Below, piece by piece: positions 13,291-25,075 of a stretch of 64,000 bases of DNA. The notes below the pieces were generated by a model. That model saw only the letters and a list, made by a program, of their open reading frames with translations, did no database searches and had not been told where the DNA came from. The translations under genes and the position numbers were made by a program. Positions within the stretch are counted from its first letter, which is position 1; each line of letters opens with the position of its first letter. Origin of the DNA: Eledone cirrhosa (taxonomy: Eukaryota); contig OZ024745.1 in the NCBI GenBank assembly GCA_964016885.1, positions 51,584,001 to 51,648,000 of the forward strand, written 5' to 3'.

Positions 13291-13542
13291 CAAGATAGAT
13301 GTATGTGAAACATATGCGTCGCAATGCTGGAGAAAATAGTTAAGTATGGAGTTAGATAAAAAGTAGGAATATAGATATTATTTCTCCTTTTTTTTCGTCT
13401 CTATGTAAAGTTTTTCTCAACTGTCAGTTATAAGGATCGACTACTATTATAGTCATGTGTTTTTGGCGCGCCATTCCAAATCTCAAATTTTCGTAATGCT
13501 TTCCAATTCAACTAAATTTTATGCACACACAGCCACACACAG

Positions 13543-13575
<33 letters not shown>

Positions 13576-13971
13576 CACAGACACACACACACACACACAC
13601 AGACCCCCCCCCCACACACACACATACACACACACACACACATACACAAACAGAGATATCCACAGACACACACAAACACACACACATATATAAATCAAAT
13701 TATTAGAAACAAGGTTTTCAAATTAGATACCTTATATATCCACGATCGTTTCTATACAGGTGATAAGCATACATGTATTTTCAATCAACGAATCAACAAG
13801 GAACAATTAATTAACAATTATTTACCCACTATATAAATACCTGCATATTTTCAGGATCATAAAAAAAGGATTGAATTTAAGCAAATAGATATATCAAGAA
13901 AATTGGCATTATCAACAATTGAATATAGGCAAGCACTTCTAGAAAGCACGCGAAGCTATATAGAAGTATAA

Positions 13972-14173
13972 GGCAGTATCGGTAGAGGGTCGGACGCCAT
14001 GCTTTGCAGCATAGAGTTACGCCCCTTTATAATGTGAGTTCAAATCCCGCCGAGGTTAACTTTGCCTTTCATCATTACGGGGTCGATAAAATAAAGTACC
14101 AGTCTTGCACTGGGGTCGATTTAATATACTTTCCCCTCCCCCAAAATTGCTGGCCTTGTGCCTATATAAGAAA

Positions 14174-14176
<3 letters not shown>
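13972..14176 (+). mobile_element. tRNA-derived SINE (octopus-type)
   Basis: A-box-like GGCAGTATCGGTAG, B-box GAGTTCAAATCC, core CTTTGCCTTTCATC..GGGGTCGATAAAATAAAGTACCAG (resembles the Deu/Nin SINE core), (ATT)n tail. About 10 copies in the window. Confidence 0.88.
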
Positions 14177-14204
<28 letters not shown>

Positions 14205-14205
<1 letters not shown>

Positions 14206-14569
14206 TGCATTTATCTTGCTTTATGTTTATACGAGTTATCACCAAGTCACAACCAGTGACCTCAAGAGACAACAAGGTCCGCCATGTTCAAGAAAGAACA
14301 CACATATTCACACATGCATCCTTAGTGTTTAGACTTGTGATGTACTTATATTGACAGGATCTTCCTTAGTATATGGGCAGTTCCCATTAGTACTATCTTT
14401 TGTATTTCTCCTATACGCGGGTTTCCTGGGATTTGCGATAAGTAGTCGTTAGACCCCTTAGGTATCATTCCCAGAGCGCCTACAACCACTGGTATTGTTT
14501 TAGTTCTCAATTTCCACATTTTTCCAATTTCTATCTCCAGGTCCTTATACTTGCTCAATTTTTCAAATG

Positions 14570-14572
<3 letters not shown>
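14205..14572 (-). mobile_element. 3' fragment of R4/Dong-like LINE (family 1)
   Basis: KTFEKLSKYKDLEIEIGKMWKLRTKTIPVVVGALG...ILRKILSI*; near-identical to the 3' end of 32881-36500; between (TTA)n tracts. Confidence 0.9.
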
Positions 14573-14624
<52 letters not shown>

Positions 14625-14625
<1 letters not shown>

Positions 14626-15276
14626 GTTCTTTGTGTCTCAGTCATTGATGTTAGTTAACTGGAAAGTTTGTTGAAATGAATATCAAGTCACTACCTGCAG
14701 CCTCAGATATTCAGGACGTATCGGAGGGTTCTTGCTGTTCCCAGCAAGCATGCCTGGAAACCTTTTGAGATAGTACCATCCCTGGAAACTTTTTGAGATA
14801 GTACCTAGTGCGCCTATGACAATCGGGACCACTTTGACTTCATGGCAGTTCCAAATCCTTTTTACCTCCCACTTTAAGTCCTGGTATCGGTTAATTCTCC
14901 CTCTCCTTCTCTTGCACTCACGTGTCGAATGGGCAGGCCACATCCACAATCAGACACGATCTTTTTTCCTTGTCCAAAACCACCAGGTCAGGTCTATTGT
15001 GTTCCAGTTTCTTGTCCGTCTGTATCCTAAAATCCCATAGCATCTTCACCTGATCGTTTTCTATCACCGACTCTGGCTTATGCTCATACCACTTCTCAGA
15101 ATGTGGTAAATTGTTTACTTTGCATAGGTGCTAGTGGATCACCCTGTCCATCACATCATGTCTCCAGCCTTTATAGTGAGTCTGGGCTAGGTGTTTACAC
15201 TCGGATACAATGTGAGCCACAGTCTCCCCTCTCACTCTCCACAGACCTGCACAGTGGACTAGCCTTCTCCTTGTAA
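14625..15276 (-). mobile_element. 3' fragment of R4/Dong-like LINE (family 2)
   Basis: CCHC and RLE region (RPDLVV...IVDVACPFD) similar to 15742-16420; flanked by (TTA)n. Confidence 0.88.
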
Positions 15277-15340
<64 letters not shown>

Positions 15341-15342
15341 TA

Positions 15343-15530
15343 AGGTGGTGGATTGGCAGTATTGGTAGAAGGTCGGACGCCATGCTTTGAAGCATAGAGT
15401 TACGCCTCTTTATGGTCTGAGTTCAAATCCCGCCGAGGTTAATTTTACCTTTCATCCTTACGGGATCGATAAAATAAAGTACCAGGAATGTACAGGGTAA
15501 TTGCTGACCTTATGCCAAAATGTAGAAACA
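15343..15530 (+). mobile_element. SINE copy
   Basis: Same A/B box, core and (ATT)n tail as 13972. Confidence 0.87.
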
Positions 15531-15551
15531 ATTATTATTATTATTATTAGA

Positions 15552-15728
15552 TTGGCAGTATCGGTAGAGGGTCGGACGGCATGCTTTGAAGCAGAGAGTT
15601 ACGACCCTTGCGATTCTGAGTTCAAATCCCGCCGAGGTTAATTTGCCTTTCATCCTTATGGGGTCGATAAATTAAAGTACCAGTAATACACTGGATAATT
15701 GCTGACCTTGTGCCAAAAGTAGAAACGA
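15552..15728 (+). mobile_element. SINE copy (tandem with previous)
   Basis: Same core; starts immediately after the previous copy's (ATT)n tail. Confidence 0.87.
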
Positions 15729-15741
15729 TTATTATTATTAT

Positions 15742-17411
15742 TGTTCTTTGAGTTTCAGTCATTGATGTTATTTAACTGGAAAGTTTGTTGAAATGAATAT
15801 CAAGCCACTACCTGCAGCCTCAGATATTCAGGACGTATAGGAGGGTTCTTGCTGTTTCCAGTAAGTATGCCTTTTGAAGTGTTCCAAAAAGCGGGGCGGG
15901 ACCAATTTTCTTTATCCATCCTTGGAAACTCTTTGTGACAGTACCTGGTGCGCCTATGACAATCGGGACCACTTTGACCTCATGGTAGTTCCAAATCCTT
16001 TTTACCTCCGACTTTAAGTCCTGATATCGGTTAAGTTTCTCCCTCTCCTTTTCTTGCATTCTCGTGTCGAATGGGCAGGCTACATCCACAATCAAGCACG
16101 ATCTTTTTCCCTAGTCCAAAACCACCAGGTCATGTCTATTGTGTTCCAGATTCTTCTCCGTCTGTATCCTAATATCCCACAGCACCTTCACCTGATCGTT
16201 TTCCATCACCGACTCTGGCTTATGCTCATACCACTTCTCAGAATATGGTAAACTGTTTACTTTGCATAGGTTCCAGTGGGTCACCCTTCCCATCACGTCA
16301 TGTCTCCAGCCTTTATAGTGAGTCTGGGCTAGGTGTTTACACTCGGATACAATGTGGGCCACAGTCTCCTCTCTCTCACCACAGATCCTACACAGTGGGA
16401 TAGCCTCCTCCTTGTAAATATGGTGTTTCAGCAACTTCGTTTTGAGGGCTTGCTCTTGCGCAGCCGTTAACATTCCTTCTGTAGCCTTTTTAAGGTCTCC
16501 TCTTTTCAACCAGTTCCATGTCTGTGTATCTCTAAATTCAGTTTTCTCAAAGAAGGCACTATGAAGGGATTTTTCATGAAGGATGCTCTTTCTCCTTGTG
16601 TCCTCTATGCTGATAAGACCTTCAGATCTCCTTAAGTAGAGTCTATCGACATCACTCCTTTTGTGGAACAGGTTGTAGATAGTCAATAGCTTCCTAGTAT
16701 TCCTATCCATTTCTTTTTGTTCAGCAACATTCCATCTCAGAATTCCCGCACTGTACCTAATAATAGACACAGCTCGGGTATTTACTGCACTTATGACATT
16801 CCTACTGTTCAGTTGTGACTTTAATACGCTCCTTACTCTCCGAATGTATTCAGATCTTAATAATTCCTTCATTTGTTTGTCCTTGATGTCATCAGCCTCC
16901 AGAACACATAAATATTTGTATCCCTCTTCAGTATCAATTTCATTTATCATCTCACCTGTTGGTACCTGGATTCCGTTGCTTCTGCTTAATTTACCCCTCT
17001 TCATCACAAGGACTCCACACTTACTAATACCAAATTGCATACATATATCATTGCTGAAAATACGGACAGTGTCAACAAGCACATCCAACTCTATCTCACT
17101 CTTCCCGAAGAGCTTAAGATCGTCCATGAAGAGGAGGTGATTGATGGTAAGCTCTCCCTTTCCCAACTTGTATCCTGCTCTCACTTTTCGCAGTATAATG
17201 GTCAGGGGGATCAGGGCAAGGACAAACAACAGAGGGGACAAACTATCACCCTGGAAGATACTTCTCTTGATCCTCACGCCGCCCAAGGATTCTCCGCCCG
17301 ATGTTAACTCTGTTTTCCAGGACTTCATACTTTTGCTCAACAACTGTCTGATGTTATCTGCCACCCTGAAGACCTCTAGGCTTTTGGTTATCCAAGAATG
17401 AGGTACCATGT
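15742..17411 (-). mobile_element. 5'-truncated R4/Dong-like LINE (family 2): RT-CCHC-RLE
   Basis: ORF 16111-17409: IFQGDSLSPLLF, HLLFMDDLKL, CRICGEREETVAHIVSEC, then RHD..VLWD..IQT..HNR.DLVV and RLE C-terminus 15820-16095. Confidence 0.92.
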
Positions 17412-17414
17412 CTA

Positions 17415-17730
17415 ATGCCTTTCATCTTTACGGGGTCGAAAAATAAAGCACCAATCATGGACTGGGGTCGATTCACTCGACTTTCCACTCCCTGTCAAAT
17501 TACTGGATATGTGCCTAACGTAGAAACAATTATATATATATATGGGCGGTGGATTGGCTGTATCGGTAAGGGTCTGACGCCATGCTTTGAAGCATAGAGT
17601 TACCTCCCTTTATGATCTGAGTTCAAATCCCGCCGAGGTTAACTTTGTCTTTCATCCTTACAGGGTCGATAAAATAAAGTACCAGTAATGCACTGGGATA
17701 ATTGCTGGCCTAGTGCCAAAAGTAGAAACA

Positions 17731-17731
<1 letters not shown>
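17415..17731 (+). mobile_element. Two SINE copies (partial 17415-17530; near full 17543-17731)
   Basis: Core GCCTTTCATC..GGGGTCGA and tail GTAGAAACAATT. Confidence 0.85.
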
Positions 17732-17774
<43 letters not shown>

Positions 17775-18249
17775 CATATATATATATATGTATATATATA
17801 TATAAATATATATATATGCGTGTGTATGTATGTATACACAAATTACACAAAGCTCCTACGCCACACATTTTGTGACCATCTCAGTGAGTAATATGTTATT
17901 TTGGGTTTCTGCTTTGTTCTGTCCTACACAATCCTTTTTTTATGTACAGAAAACCAATTGGAAATTTGTAATAAACTGAAGTGAAAACCAGCAGATTCAT
18001 GTGTTTATATTGGCAGCATGACCCTCCCAAAGTATTTCAGATAAAACATATTGCAAAGGAAATACAAAGACACAGTATATATATACATATATACGCGATA
18101 ACAAATTATTGTTATAAGTAGTCCACTTAGATGTAGTCCTGTTAGGGTACTCCGAGTAGTGGATGGTATTGACGCTTGGCTAAGTTTGACTCAACAAGAC
18201 GTTTCAATAGTGGTGCTGCGAGTACGCTGTGATTTCTATGTAGTTTACA

Positions 18250-19004
18250 CTACGTTTTTGAAACTAATAGATAAACAGTTCCCTATATCACATAGATATC
18301 ATAACATCCTCAATAGAAAAACTATAAAACTCTCATACTCTACGGCTGCAAATATAGAATCCCACATACGCAAGATCAATCACAGAAATACCTCTAGGGA
18401 AACCGCCCCACCTATGTGCAATATAGCACCACATTCTAAACAAAAACACATCACAGTATCACAACTGCAAACGCATACGCGCACGCCGCAGCAAAACCTC
18501 AACAGGCACGAATCACAACCCACTTATAGCAGTGTACAAAACAGCAGTGTCGAAGCTGCACGGAATAACACCTCAAACTGCAATTGTCACCTATCAGATA
18601 GGTGCCCATTGACGAACAGGTGCCTTGATTCGAGCCTAGTGTACATGTGTACGGTGAACTCGGGCAACTCCACTTGGCATTACATTGGATCCACCGCGGG
18701 TACTTTTAAAAAAAGATGGTATGTGCACAGACATTCGATGAAGAACCGTGCACTAATAGGTTCTACAACCTCCGCCAAAAAAATCTGGGAACTTATGGAA
18801 AAAAACATCGACTACAATATCAACTGGTCGAGGTTGTCGGCCGCAAGGGCATATAGTACCGGTATGTCCTATTGTAGGCTCTGCGACCTTGAATTACTGT
18901 ATATCATTAGGAAGGATAAAATGCTACTCAACAACAAGATAGAAAGGTCAATTTTCTGCAGACACAGGATCGCTACTAAATTCACAAGATTTAAGCCACC
19001 GTGA
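18250..19004 (+). pseudogene. PLE ORF C-terminal part (GIY-YIG endonuclease)
   Basis: Open frame within ORF-track 18159-19004; homology begins ~18250. Confidence 0.85.
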
Positions 19005-19862
19005 TTCGAACAAACATAACCTAGCATTCAACATATGAAATCCGCACTCTCACACAGACCACCACAGAACTATAATATTCTTTAAGCAGCTTCTAGCCTC
19101 CTTAATTCTATACCACAGTAATGTCTGAAAATATCTTATCAACCCATAAATATTTCTCTTCTCGGCTGCTGTCAACACAACCTCCTCACTCTTGATTCTC
19201 AACAGATGAACTTACTTCCAAGTACATTATTTGACTACCACCACATTCCTTGAAATATCACCTTCCTCCTGTTGTTAAAATGAACACCCCAGTGTCTCCG
19301 TAATTGTAGTCATCATGTTCTCTCTTCCTCTATATTAACTTACCTACTATATTGCTATTATTGCTGTCTTATCCATTCATGATTGTTATTGATGATGTGA
19401 AAGCTAAACAAGCCCATGATTCGAACTAACAATCCCTTCATCTAATATAGACCACTTAAATAATGAATCCGCTTTACACCGCATAAACATTACCACTCTC
19501 ACTACAATGAAAATATTTTATCTGTCAGATAATAAGTAATTCTTACGGTCAGCAAACCTACAGTAAAGTAAATGGTCCATTGTTTCAAGCCCCAGGTTAT
19601 CTCTACACTATATATAATACACCCCACGTCAGATTTTACATGTCAATTTCATACATCTGCTTCGTATCAGCTCGTTTTACATGCTAAAGTCATCAGTATA
19701 CTCTATGACTTACTTAGATTGATATTGTGATTATTTTGACTATTTACGGTCTAGCTAATTTATCCGAGTATTGTTCGTATTGTTAGTTTTGTTGTTATTG
19801 TTCTGATTTAATGCCACTACTATATATAGAAGCCATGCCTGTGTATTCCCTTCATTCTCACA

Positions 19863-19970
19863 TGCTCTGATGAATTGACTGGTTATAACAAAGCATTGGT
19901 GATCGATTGACGCAAAAACAGGCGGGTAGCGGTCTCTAGACATACCAGTTCAGAGAAACAATTGTCAGCA
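19863..19970 (+). ncRNA. Type I hammerhead ribozyme with long stem II
   Basis: TGCT-CTGATGA(19867)-ATTGACTGGT..~60 nt..ACCAGTTCA-GA-GAAA(19955)-CAATTG-TC-AGCA. Stem I TGCT/AGCA, palindromic stem III ACAATTGT, GUC triplet, then AATAAA. Confidence 0.75.
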
Positions 19971-20023
19971 ATGTGAATAAAGCCCTTATTGTATAGAAAA
20001 CCATGTCACTCTTCTTTCTTGAT

Positions 20024-20028
20024 TTATA

Positions 20029-20103
<75 letters not shown>

Positions 20104-20170
20104 TATATAATATATATAAATTATATAATATATATAATATATATAAATTATATATATATATATATATAAT
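20024..20170. repeat. (TA)n-rich microsatellite
   Basis: Direct reading. Confidence 0.95.
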
Positions 20171-20445
20171 TTTGGTTTCATAAATTAACTCCAACTCCAA
20201 ACAAAATTAAATAGAAAGCATGAATGGAATAGCAACATAACAACTTACAATTAAGGACAAAATGAAAACACGCACACACATAGAACAAACAACCAACCAG
20301 TAACATGTAAATAAACAAATAAATAAACAAATATAAACACACACAGATGTAACACATGCGCAAACTAAGCAGACAACACACACAAAAACAAGATGGCGTA
20401 GGACAGAACAAAGGAGAGACACAAAAACAAAGAAAATAATCCCCA

Positions 20446-20488
20446 GTCACTGAAGAGGTCAGAGAATGTGTGACGAAAGAAGTTTGAC
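20446..20488 (+). ncRNA. Degenerate minimal hammerhead candidate
   Basis: GTCA-CTGAAGA-GGTCA GAGAATGTG TGAC-GAAA-GAAG-TT-TGAC. Stems I and II pair; stem III is poor. Confidence 0.45.
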
Positions 20489-20697
20489 AATATATGAACA
20501 ATCGTCTGGTTGTGGATCCAACCAACCAACCGGAATTTTATAAATTCCTAAATTTATAAATTTAATTTATAATAAATTGAAGTGAAAGCAATGGTGCGTG
20601 TGTTTCTTATTGGCAACATGACCCTCCCAAAGCATAACAATATCGGTTTCAACACACGTTTTCAGATAAAGAATCTTGCTAAACAAATTCAGAAACG

Positions 20698-20770
<73 letters not shown>

Positions 20771-21055
20771 CAAATAACGAAACGAAATTAAATTTCGTTT
20801 CGCTTCTAACTCACTTTTGTATGACTGACGCTTAAACAATTAAGTTAAAGTGTACATCTACATATGTATACGGAAGTATTAGTATGCATATAAATACACA
20901 CATGTATACATATGTACATGTACTGAGTTTTTCACTAGACACTTTACAGTGAGTGTCAGCTAGTCTGTATGTAACCACACAGACGGACCGGGTTTTAGAG
21001 TCATACGAGTTTTCAAGGAAATACATTTCCTCTATTCTCCAGAGGGTCAGACAGG

Positions 21056-21098
21056 AATATTGGACTAGTTTCGATGTTATTACATCTCATCAGCAATA
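21056..21098 (-). ncRNA. Minimal type I hammerhead (E1 left arm)
   Basis: Reverse complement reads TATTG-CTGATGA-GATGT AATA ACATC-GAAA-CTAG-TC-CAATA. Confidence 0.85.
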
Positions 21099-21679
21099 AT
21101 TACCCATCTTCCGGCTTCTCTGGAGAATTGTAAAAGCACATATCGTTATATGCTTTTTCTATGAAAATTAGTAGTGGGTAGACTAATTTGCATAGAACGT
21201 GAGTCATTGTACGCACCGGTTCAGCGGAAACGATAAAAACAAATAACGAAACGAAATTAAATTTCGTTTCGCTTCTAACTCACTATTGTATGACTGACGC
21301 TTAAACAATTAAGTTAAAGTGTACATTAAGTTAAAGTTACATACAGACTAGCTGACACTCACTGTAAAGTGTCTAGTGAAAAACTCAGTACATGTACATA
21401 TGTATACATGTGTGTATTTATATGCATACTAATACTTCCGTATACATATGTAGATGTACACTTTAACTTAATTGTTTAAGCGTCAGTCATACAAAAGTGA
21501 GTTAGAAGCGAAACGAAATTTAATTTCGTTTCGTTATTTGTTTTTATCGTTTCCGCTGAACCGGTGCGTACAATGACTCACGTTCTATGCAAATTAGTCT
21601 ACCCACTACTAATTTTCATAGAAAAAGCATATAACGATATGTGCTTTTACAATTCTCCAGAGAAGCCGGAAGATGGGTA

Positions 21680-21724
21680 AATATTGCTGATGAGATGTAA
21701 TAACATCGAAACTAGTCCAATATT
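21680..21724 (+). ncRNA. Minimal type I hammerhead (E1)
   Basis: AATATTG-CTGATGA-GATGT AATA ACATC-GAAA-CTAG-TC-CAATATT. Complete core, 7-bp stem I, 5-bp stem II, palindromic ACTAGT stem III; predicted cut after C21717. Confidence 0.9.
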
Positions 21725-22148
21725 ACTGTCTGACCCTCTGGAGAATAGAGGAAATGTGTTTCCTTGAAAACTCGTATGACTCTAAAACCCGGTCCGTCTG
21801 TGTGGTTACATACAGACTAGCTGACACTCACTGTAAAGTGTCTAGTGAAAAACTCAGTACATGTACATATGTATACATGTGTGTATTTATATGCATACTA
21901 ATACTTCCGTATACATATGTAGATGTACACTTTAACTTAATTGTTTAAGCGTCAGTCATACAAAAGTGAGTTAGAAGCGAAACGAAATTTAATTTCGTTT
22001 CGTTATTTGTTTTTATCGTTTCCGCTGAACCGGTGCGTACAATGACTCACGTTCTATGCAAATTAGTCTACCCACTACTAATTTTCATAGAAAAAGCATA
22101 TAACGATATGTGCTTTTACAATTCTCCAGAGAAGCCGGAAGATGGGTA

Positions 22149-22193
22149 AATATTGCTGATGAGATGTAATAACATCGAAACTAGTCCAATATT
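22149..22193 (+). ncRNA. Minimal type I hammerhead (E1, second plus copy)
   Basis: Same motif as 21680-21724; predicted cut after C22186. Confidence 0.9.
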
Positions 22194-22412
22194 CCTGTCT
22201 GACCCTCTGGAGAATAGAGGAAATGTGTTTCCTTGAAAACTCGTATGACTCTAAAACCCGGTCCGTCTGTGTGGTTACATACAGACTAGCTGACACTCAC
22301 TGTAAAGTGTCTAGTGAAAAACTCAGTACATGTACATATGTATATATGTGTGTATTTATATGCATACTAATACTTCCGTATACATATGTAGATGTACACT
22401 TTAACTTAATTG

Positions 22413-22442
<30 letters not shown>

Positions 22443-22443
<1 letters not shown>

Positions 22444-22660
22444 TTTGAAACAGTGAGCAGGTTTGAAATTAGAAAATAGAATAGTTTGCACCGTATTTTT
22501 GACTAAAGGAATTTTAGCCTGATAATGGGGTTTAGAACCCTCAGATAAATGGAAAAAGATGAGTATTGACGTACATACTCATCTTTTTCCATTTATCCGA
22601 GGGTTCTAAACCCCATTATCAGGCTAAAATTCCTTTAGTCAAAAATACGGTGAAAGCTAT

Positions 22661-22661
<1 letters not shown>
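22443..22661. repeat. Foldback insertion in (TA)n (arms ~22480-22566 / 22575-22661)
   Basis: ~80-87 bp near-perfect inverted repeat with 8-nt spacer TGACGTAC; TA tracts on both sides. Confidence 0.85.
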
Positions 22662-22736
<75 letters not shown>

Positions 22737-22811
22737 GATACACATATATACATACATAGATATTTGTATATATATGATTTACATTGGAAAAGCCCAATTG
22801 CCACACACACG

Positions 22812-22845
<34 letters not shown>

Positions 22846-24540
22846 AATTTGTGATTTCCACGTTAGATGAAATTCCAGTTCTTGTTTAAGAGTGGATATA
22901 TTTTTTATTATTCGCGTAGCTTTTCTTTCTATTTTTTGCTTTCCTTCTTTCCCCATAAGTCTTTCTTATATCCTCCTTATTTTATTTACTTTTCCCTATT
23001 CACTTCTTTTGATATTTCTATTTTCTGCATTGGACAGTAAGCTAGTTGTTATTACACAACAAAATATAATTTCCTTGAATACAGTTTGATTATCTAACTG
23101 TCTAGTTGTGTATGAGGAAAATGTTAAAAGATCAAGCAAACAATGCTGTTTTATTCACAGAAGCTTTCAAGCTAGTCGTTATTTACATTACCTTTCGCAT
23201 CTTAGATTTCAGAAGAACGTAATCGAGTGGGAGAGAGAGTGATAGAGATAGAGATAGAAAGTGTGTGTGTGCGTGCGTGAGAGATTGAGAGTGAGAAAGA
23301 GAAATTGTGTGAAAAACAGTGATGTCAGTGAAATAGAAAGAGGAATAAACAGAGAGAATGTTCAACTAGGAGAGGAAAGAAATAAACAGAATAGAAGAAA
23401 TATATACATGAAATCGCCCCAAAGTAATCAATCGAAAAAAAAAAAAAAATACGCTCGATTATACAAACAAAAATACGGTTAGTATGTGCAGTGTTCAATT
23501 CAGAATTTAGATATTGTAAATAGAAGGAAGTAAACGAAAATTCGCACAATGAATTATGCAAAGGAATCGCGATAATGTTTGAAAGATAATGAAAGATGTC
23601 AACTAAAGGAGAATATATAAAACAAGAAATAATATAATACAATATTTTCTACGAACTAAAACGATCGTTTTCCAATCTATTAAATAAGCTGAATGCTAGG
23701 TTAATGTAAAGAGCAGAATGAAAATAGAATTACGATCCCTATTAGAAATGCCTGCTGGAAGGCAAATGTCGCTAAATGTGCATAATATTTTACATCAATA
23801 CTCAGAAAATGCTTGGGATTTGTGGTATAATTGTAGATCGGTGAGAAAAGAATGCTAACATATGGATAAAATACGTATATCAGAAAAAAGTCAGTGTGTG
23901 TTCCGAATATACAATCATTTTGAAAAGTATTTATATGCAACTTCACATCTAGATTTATTTGATCCTGGTGCTTGTAAAGACATTCTAATTGCTAGCTCCC
24001 TAAAGATAGAAATAAATTATTTTGTCGAACGTCGTTTGAATATTTTTTCTATGCGTACCTATATGAATACGCGTTAGCACATGTATTGACGTTACATTTC
24101 TTATTGTATTGGTATTCATAACAGGAAACATTCAAACGAATACGTATATAACCGAAGTAAACTACATCGTTCCAAATTACTCTAAACAGATATTAATTGT
24201 AATTAGAACAGCATATGAATTAAATGGAAAATAATTTAATAAATTCTGCACTTTTGTTTAATTTCAGTTCTCGGTAAATAAATAGTATTCGAAAAAATTG
24301 ACAACCAAAATCCCATCTCTCTCTCACGCTTTCTCTCTCTCTCCTGCCTCCCCCCTTCTACATCAACCTCACTCGCTCTGTCTTTCTCTACATGCTCCAT
24401 TTATACGTGTTCTCCCCGATATTCTGCTTCATACACAAACACAGACACACACGGAAATACATACATACATATATGCATACATATATACATACATATATAT
24501 AGATAGTTACACATATATATATAGATAAATATATATATAT

Positions 24541-24596
<56 letters not shown>

Positions 24597-24599
<3 letters not shown>

Positions 24600-25075
24600 A
24601 AATACGTATTTAAGAAAGCCACAACAATGCAGAGGGAAATCTCGAGGTAGGAAGTGAAAGATAGATAGGAAAAACAGGTGAAAGTGAAAATTGAGAGAGA
24701 CAAAGATGAAAACAAAACAAAGGTAGAAGGGTTACCGTAGTAGAGATTTAATCCCAAGTTTCGGGCTCACGCCCATCAACGGGGGAAAAGTTCCAAAAGG
24801 GGGGGAACAGGCCCAGCGGAGAAAGTTGTGATGTCGTTAAGACATTCCTGTCTTAGGATTGAATCTCTACTACTTGGGATTAAATCTCTACTACGGTAAC
24901 CCTTCTACCTTTGTTTTGTTTTGTTTTCATCTTTGTCTCTCTCAATTTTCACTTTCACCTGTTTTTCCTATCTATCTTTCACTTCCTACCTCGAGATTTC
25001 CCTCTGCATTGTTGTGGCTTTCTTAAATACGTATTTTACACATTTCACAATGCTTCAAGCAAACTTTAACACCCT

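Larger units (their letters stand above)
18250..20022 (+). mobile_element. 5'-truncated Penelope-like element (RT thumb + GIY-YIG endonuclease + 3' region with hammerhead)
   Basis: FLKLIDKQFP..HRYHNILNRKTIKLSYS (PLE thumb), CNC-x5-C-x5-C linker, LVY..YIGST..FKKRW..H (GIY-YIG), CRLC..CRH. Hammerhead and AATAAA precede (TA)n. The cysteine linker matches what I recall for the Naiad group (unverified). Confidence 0.85.
20766..22412. mobile_element. Retrozyme-like insertion E1: 469-bp hammerhead unit, ~1.2 copies on minus (20766-21326) and ~2.3 copies on plus (21336-22412), in (TA)n
   Basis: Near-identical units (CTGATGA at 21687 and 22156, spacing 469). The left arm is the reverse complement. 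(TA)n on both sides; no credible ORF. Confidence 0.88.

Noticed and set aside
13972-14060. tRNA gene call for SINE heads
   Set aside because: A/B boxes are present but no cloverleaf, and the head is always followed by the SINE core and tail.
18250-19970. Selenoprotein/SECIS recoding, reported for some Penelope-like elements
   Set aside because: No in-frame TGA at cysteine positions in either GIY-YIG fragment; the only internal stop (52724) is TAA at a Tyr position.
20832-22456. Repeated 64-77 aa ORF (MCFLENSYDSK...) in E1 and repeated [13 protein letters not shown] ORFs in E2
   Set aside because: They recur only because the unit is repeated; no recognisable domain or coding signal. A micropeptide cannot be formally excluded.
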